A stretch of DNA of 64,000 bases, taken from assembly GCF_009914755.1 (NCBI RefSeq), contig NC_060943.1, one strand, 5' to 3'. Numbering within the stretch: the stretch's first letter is position 1; each line of letters begins with the position of its first letter. The position numbers were made by a program, and so were the translations under genes. Shown piece after piece: positions 24,101-63,529 of the stretch. The DNA is from the human T2T-CHM13v2.0 reference genome, Homo sapiens. Below the pieces are notes generated by a model. The model did no database searches. It saw nothing but the letters and a program-made list of their open reading frames with translations, and was not told the origin of the DNA.

Positions 24101-26153
24101 TCCCGACATCTGTCCAAACCCCACCCTCTCCCCTTCCTCTTACTCCGGCCCTTTCACCACCCGAGACGGTCCCAGTAACCCTTTTAGTATGAGCTTAGCA
24201 GGGCAGGGCTGCAGGGAAGCGTTTCTGGCAGAGGAGATTGGCGATTGCAGAGGCCCTGAGGTTGGGGAGAGCTGGTGGTTTGGAGGAACTACAGGGAGGC
24301 CCAGGCAGCTGGAGCACAAGGAGATGGGGTGGAGAGGAGGTCGGGAATCCCACCCTACCCCTTCCCAGCCGCTCCTCTGCCACCACCCTGGAACACTGCC
24401 AGGGTCCCCTTGAGGGGCCGCCTGCCTCCACCCCTGCCTGATGGGGCTGCTCACAGCACAGGCAGAAGGGTCCTGTCAGCACTTAAGGCTGCCCACTTCC
24501 CTCCTCCGCTCAGAACCCTCCGCGGCTCCCGTCTCACTGGGAGAAGAGCTAGAGTCCTCTCTGTGGCCCACAAAGCCCTTTAGGACCTGGCCTCGCTCAC
24601 TCTCTGCCCTCAGCTCTCACCCTCTCCCCCTGTTCCAGCCACTCTGGCCTCTTACTGGCACCCATCCAGCATGCTGCAGCCAAGGGCCTGTGTACTTGGA
24701 GTTTCCTCTGCCCAGAACTAGGGGGACCAACTGGTCCTAGTTTGCCCAGGACCTTCCCAGTTTTAACACTGAAAGTCTCATGGCCTGGGTAGCCCCCGTC
24801 CCAAGTCATGGGAACAGCAGACGTTGGTCACCCTCACAATCCCTCATCTCCTTCGGATTGGTCACTGCTCCAGCGTCACCCAGAGCGCAGCCTTCCCTGC
24901 CCGCCTTGTGTAAAATAGAACCATGGCTCAGCAGGGCCCTTCACACTTCTCTGCACTGCCTGGTTCCATTGAACTCACAGCCCTCTGACAGGCTGGGCCT
25001 CTTCCTAATGTGTTTGTCTATGACCGGTCCCCTAGGCTCTCAAATGTAAGTGCTGGAGCCTGGCACGTGGCAGGTACTCAGTGACATTTGATGACTGAAT
25101 GAACAAGTCAGTTTTGGGAATGAGTTTGGGCTTTACCTTGAGCAGTGGAAGCCAGCGCTGGGACCAGCACGATGTGACCTAGGTTTTAAAAGCTTCCCTT
25201 TGCCTTTGTGAAGGGGACAAGAATAGGGACTCGGGAAGCTGCAGCCACCGCCCAGGTGGGAAGGGAGGGTGGTGATAGGATAGTAGAAAATACTGAAGAA
25301 ACATGCACCCTCATTCATTCCTTCACTGGGCAGCATGTGTGGCACACCTACTACATGCCAGCACTCATGGGCACGGGGCACAGGTGGACAGAAATGACAA
25401 GAACGCTGTAATTACTGCTGTGTTCCCAGCCCCAGAGACTGTGGGCAGCGCCAGGGTCCAGGATGTGGGGCACGGTTTCGGGCTGAGGGAGTCACGGGCT
25501 GCCTCCCGCCCCGCAGGCCTGCAGGTGGAGTTCATCAACCCCATCTTCGAGTTCTCGCGGGCCATGCGGCGGCTGGGCCTGGACGACGCTGAGTACGCCC
25601 TGCTCATCGCCATCAACATCTTCTCGGCCGACCGGCCCAACGTGCAGGAGCCGGGCCGCGTGGAGGCGTTGCAGCAGCCCTACGTGGAGGCGCTGCTGTC
25701 CTACACGCGCATCAAGAGGCCGCAGGTAGGGCCCCGCAGAGCCTCTGCGCAGAGCCAACTACGTCCCGCGGCCCACGTGGTCCGTTCAGGCTGGGTTCTG
25801 CCAGCCACACTGCCCTCCCCTCCGCAGAGTCTTTCCTCAGGCCCCACCCTGCTCGACTGGGAGCCAGGTCTAGTCCAAGCACAGAGGCGGGCCCCACGCT
25901 GGCTCCCACGCCTGGTCGGGGAGGGGCCCTCCTTTCTGTTGGGGTGGGCCTCCCAAAGCCTGGCAGGGCAGGGGCTCAGCCAGCGCCCACCTGCCTCCTC
26001 CCTCAGGACCAGCTGCGCTTCCCGCGCATGCTCATGAAGCTGGTGAGCCTGCGCACGCTGAGCTCTGTGCACTCGGAGCAGGTCTTCGCCTTGCGGCTCC
26101 AGGACAAGAAGCTGCCGCCTCTGCTGTCGGAGATCTGGGACGTCCACGAGTGA
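21154..26153 (+). CDS. NR1H2: Oxysterol receptor LXR-beta, complete spliced CDS (461 aa)
   Basis: Exons 21154-21196, 21281-21418, 21697-21987, 22070-22347, 22553-22732, 23331-23430, 25517-25725, 26007-26153 sum to 1386 nt. C4 zinc fingers with P-box CEGCKG; AF-2 [12 protein letters not shown]. Confidence 0.98.
21281..21418 (+). CDS. NR1H2: NR1H2 exon 4
   Basis: [20 protein letters not shown]...SACSTDW. Confidence 0.95.
21697..21987 (+). CDS. NR1H2: NR1H2 exon 5 (DNA-binding domain)
   Basis: [28 protein letters not shown]...CQQCRLRKC. Confidence 0.97.
22070..22347 (+). CDS. NR1H2: NR1H2 exon 6 (hinge, start of LBD)
   Basis: [23 protein letters not shown]...[14 protein letters not shown]...PKVT. 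Confidence 0.96.
22553..22732 (+). CDS. NR1H2: NR1H2 exon 7
   Basis: PWPLGADP...[26 protein letters not shown]. Confidence 0.96.
23331..23430 (+). CDS. NR1H2: NR1H2 exon 8
   Basis: [33 protein letters not shown]. Confidence 0.96.
25517..25725 (+). CDS. NR1H2: NR1H2 exon 9
   Basis: [17 protein letters not shown]...YTRIKRPQ. Confidence 0.96.
26007..26153 (+). CDS. NR1H2: NR1H2 exon 10 coding part (AF-2)
   Basis: [26 protein letters not shown]...EIWDVHE*. Confidence 0.97.
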   Translation, partial: DQLRFPRMLMKLVSLRTLSSVHSEQVFALRLQDKKLPPLLSEIWDVHE

Positions 26154-26513
26154 GGGGCTGGCCACCCAGCCCCACAGCCTTGCCTGACCACCCTCCAGCA
26201 GATAGACGCCGGCACCCCTTCCTCTTCCTAGGGTGGAAGGGGCCCTGGGCCGAGCCTGTAGACCTATCGGCTCTCATCCCTTGGGATAAGCCCCAGTCCA
26301 GGTCCAGGAGGCTCCCTCCCTGCCCAGCGAGTCTTCCAGAAGGGGTGAAAGGGTTGCAGGTCCCGACCACTGACCCTTCCCGGCTGCCCTCCCTCCCCAG
26401 CTTACACCTCAAGCCCAGCACGCAGTGCACCTTGAACAGAGGGAGGGGAGGACCCATGGCTCTCCCCCCTAGCCCGGGAGACCAGGGGCCTTCCTCTTCC
26501 TCTGCTTTTATTT

Positions 26514-26546
26514 AATAAAAACTAAAAACAGAAACAGGAAAATAAA
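26514..26546 (+). terminator. NR1H2: NR1H2 poly(A) signals (two AATAAA)
   Basis: AATAAA at 26514-26519 and 26541-26546. Confidence 0.85.
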
Positions 26547-27559
26547 ATATGAATACAATCCAGCCCGGAGCTGGAGTGCAAGATGGAGAGGGCGCGGGCT
26601 TCTAGGGACCTCAGTGACACTGGGTGCCCGAACCTGATTGAGCAGGTGGGACTGGGTGTCCCCAGGCTGTTGGGAAAAGGGTGGCACATAGGGTCCCAGT
26701 GTTGGGTGGTGTGTCGCCTGCTGTGAAAGTTCAGGACAGAGGCCTCAGCCTCAGGGTCACCTCCCTGGACAAGGTGAATCAGAACTCACCCTTGAAGGAT
26801 AAACAGGATTTAAGTGAATGAGGGGACCTGGACTTCTGTCCGAACAACAAGTGTTTGCTGAGGCCTCCTGTGGGCCAGGCACTGGGTTGGCCATTCTAGA
26901 GATGGAGACATTCACCCAATAAATGTTTCCAGAGCATTAACTACAGTTAGGCACAATTCTAGGCACTGGAAACATCTGTGAACAAGATAACCATCCTCCT
27001 ACCAAGACTCGGGGGATAGGGACTTTAATGAGCGTGGCACTGTGGTGGGGCTAGAGGAAATCAGGGAAGGTATCACAACAGAGGCAATCGCTGGGACCTA
27101 AAACAAGAGCCTGGGGGCTGGGCCTCCAAGTTGAGGGAACAGCACGTGCAAAGTTTGAAAGGAGAGACGCCAGGAGTTCGGAGCGAAGCGACGAAGTTCC
27201 TCCAATCCTTCCTGCCCCTGTGCCAGCCCTGAAGGAGCTGAATGAGCAATTCCAATCGAGGGCGAAAGGGGGGTTGGATGGAGGGATGCAACTTAAAGGT
27301 GTATTTATTTGGGGCGGGGAACAGCGGAAGTGAGAGTAGTTACCAATGATCACCTTATCCTAAGAGTAGTGTACCGGGCGCCCCACAAGTGTCCCTATCA
27401 TGCGTTGTTGAGTCTAATTTACGTATAGGGAAACTGAAGCTAGGATGAAGGAGAACAGATCAAGCCAGGACTCTACCGCTTATCGGCCAGCCTCTGCGGG
27501 GATCTTGGGCGTCAGGTCACCAGCTGGCTGCTGGGCAGCGACGGGGCAGCGCTCCCTAC

Positions 27560-27942
27560 ACGGCCCCGGGCGAGAGGCGGGCGGGGGGACGCGGAGGATG
27601 CGCGCGCAACACCCGAGGGTGGGAGGAGAGAGAACAGAACCGCGGCGCGCCCAGACCGCACGAGGTCGTGAAGGTAGCCGCGCGGAGGGGCGTGGCTTCG
27701 GGCAGACAGGTCATGGGGAGGCGGAGTTAAGGGAATTTTTCAGCAAGGGGGCGAGGCCACTTCGGAAGCTGAGAGAGGGGGCGGGGCCTGCCCTGCAGTC
27801 GAACAAGCGGGGCGTGGCCTTGCCCGCACTTGGGCAGGCGGGGGCGTGGCCCGTCTCTGAGCGCCGCGGCTCTGGGCTTGCGCGCGCGGGAGTCAGGGGT
27901 CACGGCGGCGTAGGCTGTGGCGGGAAACGCTGTTTGAAGCGG
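27560..27942 (+). promoter_or_regulatory. POLD1: POLD1 CpG-island promoter with 11-bp direct repeats, p53-like site, E2F and CHR elements
   Basis: GGGGCGTGGCC at 27809-27819 and 27841-27851; p53-like decamers GAACAAGCGG and GGCCTTGCCC within 27801-27825; E2F TGGCGGGAAA 27918-27927; CHR TTTGAA 27933-27938. Confidence 0.88.
27876..27942 (+). other. POLD1: POLD1 non-coding exon 1 (start approximate)
   Basis: Donor CGG|GTGAGT at 27942/27943. Confidence 0.85.
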
Positions 27943-28249
27943 GTGAGTAGAGGGGAAAAAGGGAGTTCGGGGCAGTGGGCCTGGTAGGGAACGGGGCTTG
28001 AGCAGCCAGGCACATAGATCTGAGAGACGGTTGCGAGGGCACCCTTTGGCCCGGGGGCGCGCAGGAGAGGGCAGGGGCCAGGGGTTTCCTGGGCGAGGGC
28101 GCGGGGACGAGCAGGAAAAGGCCGGGGTGGGGGTGGAATTCCTCGGCGGGCAGGGGGCGCATGCGCCGGGCACCGTGGGGCGGGACGTGGCCCGGGAGGA
28201 GCTGGGGGGACTGGGTGGTGCACGTGCGGGCTTGGTGTCATCCTGGATT

Positions 28250-28900
28250 CGCTGGGTGTTTGAGTACTCTGTGCCAGGCACTTTTCTGGAAGCAGGAACA
28301 AGTCAGAGAAGTCCCTGTCTCGGGAAGACAGACGGTAGACAAGTGATGAGTTTTAATAGATCAGTAAAGCAGTGCTCTGGGGCTGTGAGATGCTCTCAGA
28401 AGGAAACTAACGCAGGGTAACGTGATAATGAGCGAAGAGCCTGTTGCTTTAGCTGGAGTGGTCCAGAATCGACCGCTCTGGGACCCTCAAGTGCAAAGCC
28501 CTGAGGTGGAAGGAGCTTGGCGTATTTGTAGCAGGAGCCGAGGGGACGAGAGAAACACAGATGAGGTCGGAGTCATGATGGGGAACTAGATCCTATAGGG
28601 CCTTGTAAAACTTGGTATGGAATTTCTCCTTTATTCTAGGTTCAGCGGGGAGCCGTGGGAGGGTTTGAGCGTGGAAACAACACGATTCGCCCCATGTTTT
28701 GAAAAACTCACCACTGAGTGGAAATTGGATTGTAGCAGGAATAAGAATGGAAGGAGGGAGATCTGTTAGGAGGGAGAGCGTCCTGCAGGCAGAGAATCAG
28801 GCTCCGGTTACCTTTGCGGGCGGAGACAGGGGGACTGGCTGATGGACTGGGCGTAGGAGCAAGGGGAAGAGTCCAGGATGACTCCTGGGTTTGTGGTTTG
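28250..28900. mobile_element. L2-type LINE fragments
   Basis: GAGTACTCTGTGCCAGGCAC, AAGTGCAAAGCCCTGAGGTGG and GGAGCCGTGGGAGGGTTTGAGC signatures. Confidence 0.6.
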
Positions 28901-29077
28901 AGCAGCAGGCTGGATGGGGAAGGCTAAGGGAGAAGCAGGTTGGGGTTGCCGCTCTGAAGGCAAAGATTAGTGGGGGAGTGAGTGGGCAGGGTTTAGAGCG
29001 GAGCCAGGAGTGGGCAGGGCGATGTCAGTGCCTCGCCTCAGCCCTTCCACTGAAGGAACTTGTTGCCACTGTCTTCT

Positions 29078-30835
29078 CTTTTTTTTTTTTTTTTTTTTGA
29101 GACAGAGTCTTGCTCTGTCACCCAGGCTGGAATGCAGTGGTGCAAACTCAGCTCATTGCAACCTCCGCCTCCCGAGTTCAGGCGAGTCTCGTGCCTCAGC
29201 CTCCTGAGTAGCTGGGATTACGGCACCCACTGCCATGCCCAGCTCATTTTTTGTATTTTTAGTAGAGATGGGGTTTCGCCGTGTTGGCCAGGCTGGTCTC
29301 GAACTCCTGACCTCAGGTGATCCACTTGCCTCGGCCTCCCAAAGTGCTGGGATTACAGGCGTGAGCCACCACGCACGGCCGCTTCTCCTCCTTCCTGCAC
29401 TTCCCCCCCACAGGTCTCTCTTCCCCCTAGAGAGGTTCCTTCCCTCCCCCTGAAATGCTCTTCCCTCTCTTATGTGTTTCTGACAGCTGCTGTTTGGACA
29501 GGCCCTCTGCTGAGCACTGGGGAGCCAATGATCATTCAGTTTGGTTGGGGAAGGACAGGAGATTTCAGTCCAGAGTGCGCTGAGCTATGGCGGAGCAGTG
29601 ATAGTCTTTGGGAGCCAAGAGAAGAACCTGTGCGCTCAGGGAAGACTCACCAGAGTGGTTGATATTCACAGGGAGTTTCAACTCACATGTCTTTTTTTTT
29701 TTGGTTTTTGAGACAGGGTCTTGCTCTGTCGCCCAGGCTGGAGTGCAGTGGCGCGATCTCGGCTCACTAACCTCCACCTCCCGGGTTCAAGCGATTCTCA
29801 TGCCTCAGGCTTCCGAGTAGCTGGGATTACAGGTGTGTGCCACCACGCCCAGCTAATTTTTGTATTTTTAGTAGAGACAGGGTTTTGTCATGTTGCCCAG
29901 ACTGGTCTCGAATCCCTGACCTCAAGTAATCCTCCCACCTCGGCCTCCCAAAGTGCTGGGATTACAGGTGTGAGCCACCACACCCGGCCTAAACTCATGT
30001 CTTGAAGTAACCGGACACTGTGCAGAGTGATGCTGGAGACCCCAACTTGGGCAAGATGCTGACTCCTTTTCTCAAGGAGCTCACAGGCTGAAAGGATCCC
30101 AGCTCTGCATTGTGCAATAACGAAAGTGGCACAAGGCGTTGTGGGAACCCTGAAGGGCAGCTGGTCAGCTTGGAGGAGCTAAGCCTGAGCTGAGTCTCTG
30201 GATGCAGTGGAGTTTCATGCAGCGAACACTGCCTAAGGCCTCCTGGGGGCCCACCCTGTGCTGGGTGATGCTAAGGTCCCAGAGGAGAGTCAGTCCTTGC
30301 TCTGCCATCCAGAGGTCCCTGGCTGGTAAGGGAGGAAGACACACACCCAGGCAGTCCAGAGACAGCAGTCACAGAGGCCTAGGGGAAGGACAAGGCCGAA
30401 AGCATGCAGGTGAGCCTGGGCAACATAGCAAGACCCTGTCTCTACAAAAAATACAAAAGCTAGGCCGGGCGCGGTGGCTAAGGCCTGTAATCCCAGCACT
30501 TTGGGAGGCCGAGGCGGGCAGATCATGAGGTCAGGAGACCAAGACCATCCTGGCTAACACGGTGAAACCCCGTCTCTACTAAAAATACAAAAAATTAGCC
30601 GGGCGTGGTGGTGGGCGCCTGTAATCCCAGCACTTTGGGAGGCCGAGGTGGACGGATCACTTGAGGTGAGGAGTTTGAGACCAGTCTGGCAGACATGGTG
30701 AAACTCTACTAAAAATACACAACTAGCTGGACATGGTGGGCGCCTGTAATCCCAGCTACCTGCGAGGCTGAGGCAGGAGAATCACTTGAGTCCAGGAGGC
30801 GGAGGTTGCAGTGAGCAAGATCCTTTCCCAAAAAA
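29078..30835. mobile_element. Alus in POLD1 intron 1 (antisense 29078-29380 and 29692-29990; sense composite 30413-30835)
   Basis: Alu consensus. Confidence 0.88.
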
Positions 30836-31369
30836 ATATATAAATAAAAATAAAGCTGTGAGATTGGGCAAGATTGGATGAGGTCATTGAGGAAATGAGT
30901 GTCTCACTCATCGAGAAAACTGGTGTCTGGCCTGCAGCGAGCACGTGGTGTCATTTTGTTGCTGAATCTCTGTTAAGTGCTTGCTACCGAAGGGTCGTGA
31001 GAGGGGCAGAGGACAGTGTTTGCCAAGCTCTCATCCTGTGCCAGGGCCAATGAGAGGGGACACACAGGGGCCTTTCCTTCCTAATGCTGCTGTGCCTCCA
31101 CTAACAAGAGCCCAGGTTTTGCCCCTGGTGACACCGTCCCTCCCACCGCACCCCCGCAGCCACAGCCAACTGACCAAGGGCAGCCAGTCAGCTCCTTCCT
31201 TCCTCCTCCAGCTTCAGCACTGACTCTGGGCTCCCACAAGCCCCTGCGCTTCCTCTGTCCCACCCGGGTCTCTCCTCGCAGATCATCACTCCCTGTCCCT
31301 CTCTGGCTACTTGCACAACCCGAAGCCAGAGCCGCTAACGACGCTTGCTTCTTCCTGTAAGTCACACAT

Positions 31370-31900
31370 GTACGCGGTTGTCACCCAAAGAGCACAAACG
31401 CAGTCAAAGTCTTCCTCACACAAAACCCCCTGCACACGCTCACGGCTGCACCACTCACAAAAGGTGGAAGCAACCCTAATGTCCATCCACTGATGAAGGG
31501 ATACGTCAGACGTGTTCTAGCCATACAGCGGAAAAGTACTCAGCAAAAAAGGGACACAGCACTGACGAAAGGCCGCCACACACATGAGCGATGAACACAT
31601 TCAGAGAAAGCAGCCAGACACAAGAGGCTGCATATTCCAAGATCCCATTTATAGGAAATGCCCAGAATAGGCAGATCCATGGAGACAGAAAGTTAGATGA
31701 GTGGCTGCCAGGGGTGGGGGCAGATGGGCTGAATGCAGGGAGAGAGCTAAAGGATTTAGGCTTTTTGGGGTGATGAGAGAGTTCTAAAATTGACTGTGGT
31801 GATGGTTGCCTAACTCTGAACATACTAAATACCATTGAACTATATATACTTTAAATGGGTGAATTGTATAGTATGTGAATTATAGCTCAATAAAGCAGTT
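31370..31900 (+). mobile_element. L1MB/ME-type 3' end
   Basis: GGAAGCAACCCTAATGTCCATC...ACTTTAAATGGGTGAATTGTATAGTATGTGAATTATAGCTCAATAAAGC. Confidence 0.8.
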
Positions 31901-31964
31901 AGCAAATGAAGTCTTCTACCCTGTCCCCCAGGAAACCAGTTTCTTAGCTCTCCTTATAGAATGA

Positions 31965-32098
31965 TGCATTAAAAGCAAATAGATTTATACATATGCCCTG
32001 CATTACAATAAAAAAGACGTCTACATACTCCCTGCATTACAATAAAAAAGACGTCTACATACTCCCTGCATTAAAAGCAAAAAGATTTCTACATACTC
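31965..32098 (+). repeat. ~34-bp tandem repeat (about 4 units)
   Basis: CCCTGCATTA at 31996, 32030 and 32064. Confidence 0.9.
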
Positions 32099-32204
32099 TT
32101 CTGCCCACCTTGTAAATTTGTTACTATTTTCATTTTATATATTTCCCCCTTAATATTTTGAAAAGTTTCAAACCTGCAGAGAAGGTACAAATTGAGTACA
32201 GTGA

Positions 32205-33857
<1,653 letters not shown>

Positions 33858-34124
33858 TAGGATTCATTGTGAGCCAATCTCCCGAGACTCAGGAAGGTTG
33901 CCCCGGGAGGATGGAGTCTCATTTGTGTGTACCCCATTTGTACCTGGAAAGCAGACCATCTTGGGTTTTATATTCTGGAGGCAACATGACATGTTGGGCT
34001 AAAATGATGAAGGACATCCTGTTTCTAGGAGGGACTGGAACAGAGCCTGGGCTGTTTCAGCCAGTCCCTCCTTATCTCAGGATATTGCATTCCTAGCACA
34101 TTCTACAGTTATTCTTGAGAACTA

Positions 34125-38691
<4,567 letters not shown>

Positions 38692-38693
<2 letters not shown>

Positions 38694-38865
38694 TGGGTAC
38701 AGGTACTTTTTAAAAACTTCTTTCTCTGACAATTTCAAATTAACAGGAAGGTTGAAAGAATAAATAGTGTAGGCCGGGCGCGGTGGCTGGGTACAGGTAC
38801 TTTTTAAAAACTTCTTTCTCTGACAATTTCAAATTAACAGGAAGGTTGAAAGAATAAATAGTGTA

Positions 38866-38882
<17 letters not shown>
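38692..38882 (+). repeat. Perfect 94-bp tandem duplication
   Basis: 38692-38785 is identical to 38786-38879. Confidence 0.95.
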
Positions 38883-39212
<330 letters not shown>

Positions 39213-39427
39213 TTATGATTTGCATGGATGTTTCTTATCTCCCTTCTCTCTGTATACGTACACTCACTTTTTACAAAGAATTCCCAATACCTTGCAGACA
39301 TTATGGCCGTTTACTCCTAAATACTTGAGTGTGTATCTCCTTAGAATATTCTTATTGAACCACAATAAAGTCACCCACTTAAGTTTAACCTGCATATAAC
39401 CTTGTCTAATCAACCAGAGGATATATA

Positions 39428-42146
<2,719 letters not shown>

Positions 42147-42405
42147 GCAAGAGATGTGCTAAGGACCTAGTGTGATGGGAGAGAGGGTCGGGGAGTCGAC
42201 GGGGCTGCTGCTGCAGTAGCTAACAATTGAGCGTCTGGAATGTGCTCCCACCCCACTGCCTGCAGGGTGCAGAGAGCTATGTTAGTACAGCCAGTCCAGA
42301 GTAGGAAAAGGCTCGTGGTCATGGTGGGTGCATGGGATGCCATGGAGACAGGGTAAGAGGTGTCTCCGGTCAGAACCTCCACCAAGCTCCAACTTGCCCA
42401 GCAGG

Positions 42406-61503
<19,098 letters not shown>

Positions 61504-61547
61504 CCTTGCAAGCATCCCATGGGGCGGGGGCGGGACCAGGGAGAATT

Positions 61548-61553
61548 AATAAA
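61548..61553 (+). terminator. POLD1: POLD1 poly(A) signal AATAAA
   Basis: AATAAA 45 nt after the stop, with a GU-rich element downstream. Confidence 0.9.
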
Positions 61554-62279
61554 GTTCTGGACTTTTGCTATATGGTGCTTTGTGGTCTCTGGGGGACACT
61601 GTCTGGTTTCATAAGCCCTGGCCTTGGCTGGGACCCTCCTGAGGCCCGCACCGCCCCTCATCCTCAGCAAAAGCCCCCGGACTCCCACCTGTGCTGCCTG
61701 GTTCATGTGGGCCAAGCCTGCCTCAGTTTCCTCTCTGGCCCTGAAGGAACCCTTATACCAGCGCTTCTCTGCCCTGCTTAGGGCCCCCAGGTGTCTGGCC
61801 CCGGCCCAGCCCTCCCTGGTGATGACCCTGGGGACCCTGGTGGCTGCCCCGCCCTCCAGGTGCTGACCTGTTTCCTCCAGGCCCTGGGGCAGCCCCAGGC
61901 GCACCGGGGCTTCCACTCCTCAGCCCGGCCAAGGGGACCCCCCCATCCCCCGCCGGACCACACACCCACGATGTTTCCACGTCGGGGTCCTGGCAATGGG
62001 CTTTGGGTCTGGGTTTCCCCCCAGCGACTCCCATCTCTATCCCCGCAGCCTCTAACTGCCGTCAGATGCCCTCGGCCCTCCCGTCACCTCACACATCCCC
62101 CGGGGAGAGTCTTGTGCTTGCCCCTCGGCCCCCAGCCCGCCCCTGCTGGAATTCGGCTCCTGGGTCCAGATCCTCCGTTTCCTGATTCTCCTCTTCAGTG
62201 AACCCCAGCCCTTCCTCGATGTTTTCAGGGTTCCCCCAAATCCAGCTCCTGTCCCATCTCCAGCCCTCAAGGTCAGCCC

Positions 62280-62518
62280 CCCAAACCCAGCCCCACGGGG
62301 ATCCCCAAATCCAGACAGCCCCTGGCCCGCCATCCCTGCCATGTGACAAAGGGGTTGTGCAATCCAGCCCCCTCCCCTGACCCCCTCCCTGAGGGGATTT
62401 TTGAGGAGGGCCGAGCTTGTGGCCAGCGGGCACCCTCCTCCCCCCGGCAGGGGCTGGGCCAAGATATAAATAGGGTTGGCGGCTGCAGCGGGCGGCAAAC
62501 AGCCCGCCCGGCACCACC
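62280..62518 (+). promoter_or_regulatory. SPIB: SPIB upstream promoter with a TATA box and kB-like sites
   Basis: TATAAA 62465-62470; GGGGATCCCC 62297-62306; Kozak ACCACCATGC. Confidence 0.8.
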
Positions 62519-62541
62519 ATGCTCGCCCTGGAGGCTGCACA
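62519..62541 (+). CDS. SPIB: SPIB (ETS factor Spi-B) coding exon 1
   Basis: MLALEAAQ; donor CA|GTAAGT; synteny downstream of POLD1. Confidence 0.92.
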
Positions 62542-63220
62542 GTAAGTGAGGGCCCCCAAACCTGCACCCGGGGTCCCCACCTGCACTGCCCCTCTGTGGG
62601 GCCTCACCCATGGGCAGTGGTTTCTCTGCTCCTCACGGCCGGTGGGTGGGAGTGGAGGGGAGGGGTCCGCCCTGTCTCTTGCCCCTTCTGGTTCTGTTCC
62701 CTCTTCACTTCGGACTCTCCATCCCCCCAGTTCCTATCTTTCCTGGTCCCCAAAGATCTCATTTCCCCAGAACACTTGCTAGCGTGCCCTCCTGCGGGCG
62801 TCCTCCGTGGCTCTCACTCTGTCCATCCTCCTGTCTCCCCGAGTTCCCGTATCTGTTCGCTCTGTATCTGGCATCTCCCAGCTCTCAACATTCTGCCTGT
62901 TGCTCTCTGTCTCTCTGCCTGTCTCTGTGTCTCTGTCTCCAGTTCTCGCTCTCCCTGCCTTTTGGTCTCCTTCTGCCTCACCCTCACTCTCAGTGCCTCC
63001 ATCTGGGGCTCCAGGAATCCTCCCCGCCTCTGTGCGTGAATGTCCCTTTGCACACCTTTCTCTGTGTCCCACCTCTCCTTGAGCCTCCTCATCTGAGTCT
63101 TCTCCGGGCTTCCCCCTCTCTACCCAGACATCTCTCCATCCTTCTCCTCTGGTCCAAGCTGGACTCAACTGACTCGCCACCAAGGCCGCACTTGACCCAG
63201 GCCCCCTCTCCATCCCCACA

Positions 63221-63340
63221 CCTCCTTTCCGGGACTTTCTCTCCCTCACTTTCCCTGCCCCTCCCCACCAGGGTGTCTATGCAAATTCTGGGGAGGAGGG
63301 GGACATTTGCCTCCCCCCCACCCCCCACTTCCTGTCCCAG
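63221..63340 (+). promoter_or_regulatory. SPIB: SPIB intronic (second) promoter with octamer, kB-like and ETS sites
   Basis: ATGCAAAT 63279-63286; GGGACTTTCT 63231-63240; CACTTCCTG 63326-63334. Confidence 0.7.
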
Positions 63341-63501
63341 CAGGGGGTAGTGGGGGAGTCCGGTGAATGTGGTGGGGCTGGTCCCTCACACAGGGCTGCG
63401 GTGGTCACAGCTGCTGCCGCCTCCCCATCAGCCCCCAACCACTTTGAGATTCAGGTGGCTGGAGGCAGCCTCAGCATGCCCCTGTGTCTCTCCCCCTCCA
63501 G

Positions 63502-63529
63502 GCTCGACGGGCCACACTTCAGCTGTCTG
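63502..63529 (+). CDS. SPIB: SPIB coding exon 2 (gene continues beyond the window)
   Basis: (Q)LDGPHFSCL; acceptor CTCCAG, donor GTGAGT; in frame with exon 1. Confidence 0.9.
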
